Positions 61,630-64,000 of a stretch of 64,000 nucleotides of DNA are shown here, piece after piece. The notes below the pieces were generated by a model. The model was not told the origin of the DNA. It was given only the letters and a program-made list of their open reading frames with translations, and made no database searches. Made by a program: the position numbers and the translations under genes. The DNA lies in NCBI RefSeq assembly GCF_964355755.1, contig NC_092679.1, positions 7,346,201 to 7,410,200 on the forward strand. Direction: 5' to 3'. The first letter of the stretch is position 1, and each line of letters begins with the position of its first letter. The stretch is from Antedon mediterranea. Its lineage: Eukaryota > Animalia > Echinodermata.

Positions 61630-62666
61630 TTGCTGTTCAGCCAGGAAGGGATCACTCTCAAGAAAGACTACGATAAGTGCTGATTAGTCTTTTCTTGAGT
61701 TTTAACCAGCCATTTGGAAAGATGTGGATCTTACTCAACCTTACGTCCCTGAAGCTGCAGTACCAGAATCTGCTAATACAATATCCATAGAACAATAAGA
61801 AACACCATCTATCAACCCTGCTTCTGCCCAGGAATCTGTGGAACCGTCAGAAACTTCTCCTTCAAATGAGCATGATATCACTCCCGTCGCAGTCGTCATG
61901 GATCATACTGATGATGATAACTCCTCAGGAGAAACACGTTCAGAACCAACCTTAAGTCTCCGACGTTCGAAACGTGTAATTAAACCGCCAGACCGATACG
62001 GCTTTATTTCTAAGTGGCTCTGGGGAACCCCTACACTAACATCCCATGTGGGTTGTTTAGATGTTTGATTGTTTAAACTGTATTAATTTTGCTTGATACT
62101 TAACTTGTTTTTTTTATATAATGATGTCTGAGAGAAAACAATTTTACTTGATTTTAATTTTAATCTCAATAGTTTAATTTCGTTACCTTTATTGTATACT
62201 GTATCTTTTGTATGATCATGTTTTTTTAACATACTTGTTTGCCATGTGTATGGCTTGTGTTATGTTGGTACGTCACCTTGTGTTGGGTGGGATTGAACCT
62301 TCGAGTAGTAATCGCAGGATTTCGAGAAACTTCTGAAGTGTAAACGGGCACTTCTGTACACCGACTATTGTGGGGATGGCCACCCTTCAATAGTAATCCA
62401 TTTGGATAAATTTTTATTGGTTGTTTCTAATAATTCTGCATAACTTGCTCTCATTGGTTCAATCAGGTACAGGTATACTGTTGTGATATAACAGTTTCGT
62501 TTTTTTATAAATGCCATTTAGTTAAGTTTTTTATTTTTGTTTTTTTATGTAATTCCCTATGATGTCATTTTCATTGTATAAATAGTGACTAAATGTACCG
62601 GTGTATTTAGGTTTAGGTTAATGAATTTGTATATCACTGAGATTTAGCAGATAAATGGGGGGTGAG

Positions 62667-63471
62667 TGTAACAGGGTAACAGGTATGCTTATACCCAAAT
62701 ACTTAAATGATTTATCTGCTGAATCTGACTTGAATCTGAGAAACCTTGTGGGACCCATTAAAGTAAAAGCTGGAATGATAAGTGACCATGCTATAAATAG
62801 ATGAGTCACCTCATCCAAGTGGCGGGAAAATGGTCATGAATATTTAGTGTATAATGTTTCAGTATGGGTCAGTTCATAAATGGACAAGGGATTTTGTTAA
62901 TTGATTTGCATTTTTAATAGTTTCTTTTTTTGTATAACCGAACTTTAAATTGATAATTACATGTGTATGACTCGAGTTACAATACAATCGTTCTGTAAAC
63001 TACGAAATAACGTTATGGTAAATGTATGTACCATCGGTTAAAAATGGTCATAGTACCCAACTGGGAATGGATGACACTTACTAGTGCCTAGCCCAAAGTG
63101 AAGGTTTTCATCTCCTTCTGACTGGTTACTAGGTAAGCATCTATATTTTTATCTCTCTTAATTTTAGAATTGTTTTACTATAGTTAATATAGTTGATTAG
63201 TTAATTGATTGTTATACTAGACACAACGCAATAGTAGCCTATACTGTCGTTAATGATACGATCGATCGATCACTGATATGTTATTTTAAATATAGTAACA
63301 CTGTTTTTGTTATATCTCCTTCTGACTGGTTACTAGCTTCAATAAAAGAATTTAACTTTTCCAAACCAAGAACTGTCTCTGTGGATGATTTTATTGTGTT
63401 TGTGCCAGTGCTGCAGCTCCTGAAAATACTACGCGATAAAGCTACGACGCTAGTAGTACGAACCTGTTACA
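62667..63471 (+). repeat. 3' LTR
   Basis: Copy of 60805-61609 (offset 1862), preceded by the purine-rich AAATGGGGGGTGAG. Confidence 0.96.
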
Positions 63472-64000
63472 CCTGGAGCTTTACCCCTTTTCTGTGCTTT
63501 AATTGCATAAATTACCTCTTCCCGGCTGATTTCTTCATTGTAACAATCGTTATGTTCGCAATTGTTATCGTTATCGTCTTCTATATTGATTTCTTGTATA
63601 TTATTTGTTTGATTTTGGAACATTGTTTTGAAGTAATCATGCCATTTTTTAAGTGTAATGTTTGTCACGTTTTGTTGTCGTTTGGTTTTTCCAAAATTTT
63701 GTACTGTTATGTTCCTTTATTAACCTGATTAATTTTTGTTGTGATGAATTTTTATGTTATGTGATAATTTTTTATAACTCCTTTTCTTTAACAGATATTC
63801 CTTTAATAGGGTGTTAGTTTTGTATTTTCTATATTTATTAAGAATGCTACGAATAATAATTTTCTTTTTAATGCATTGACGATCAAACCATGTATTCTTG
63901 GGCAATTTTGTGCATTTTTTTTTGTATTTGTGTTTGTTTTTTTGTATTTATGTAAACATATTCTAAAGTTCTATAAAGGTTAATTAGGGCTTCATCAATA

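Larger units (their letters stand above)
60805..63471 (+). mobile_element. Young, internally deleted (non-autonomous) Ty3/Gypsy-like LTR retrotransposon
   Basis: Two 805-bp LTRs, identical by eye; 4-bp TSD CCTG (60801-60804, 63472-63475); PBS; purine tract before the 3' LTR; 1057-bp internal region retaining only the integrase-tail-like LRRSKRVIKPPDRYG. Confidence 0.95.
58757..64000 (-). mobile_element. Degenerate RTE-X-like non-LTR retrotransposon, interrupted by an LTR element at 60805-63471
   Basis: Fragments: KRGKAPG|IDG (split by the LTR element), NYRGVSL, EQGGFRK..TIDNIFIL, AFIDLKCAFDSI, HLLYADDLVL, LYGSEIWG, and C-terminal CKICNINEVEDEYHFVTVC; several frameshifts; 3' hairpin CAGGCGATAAGCCTG plus AATG tail. 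Clade assignment is tentative. Confidence 0.85.

Noticed and set aside
61838-62068. 76-aa ORF inside the LTR element as an independent gene
   Set aside because: Remnant of the pol C-terminal tail with an upstream stop and a GTG start.

Overview
AT-rich, intron-rich animal genomic DNA. An invertebrate is likely; TAGGCCTA clusters and Deu/Nin-type SINEs suggest an echinoderm (inference only). I assembled three spliced genes by hand using GT-AG boundaries and consistent exon phases. (1) A minus-strand F-box/WD40 gene with 14 coding exons (42016 down to 3720), whose 3' end appears to lie left of the window. (2) A complete, divergently transcribed plus-strand gene (44541-54376, 10 exons, ~634 aa) with an N-terminal transmembrane anchor, a divergent START-like domain and a STARD9-type START domain. 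(3) The first coding exon (57846-58136) of a stand-alone protein resembling the OvoA C-terminal (ovothiol) methyltransferase. The introns carry many mobile elements: a Tx1/L1 LINE nested in a TTAA-flanked MITE, a CR1/L2-group LINE, an RTE-X-like LINE split by a young non-autonomous LTR element with apparently identical 805-bp LTRs, several MITEs and SINEs, a Helentron-type element and satellites. The most unusual items are a (TA)n-associated repeat carrying a complete tRNA-like gene (anticodon ATC, with Pol III terminator), a minimal hammerhead ribozyme motif at 34051-34092, a putative intron inside the LTR bounded by a 23-bp direct repeat, and a TIR element flanked by a 36-bp direct duplication. 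Most entries in the ORF track are spurious.
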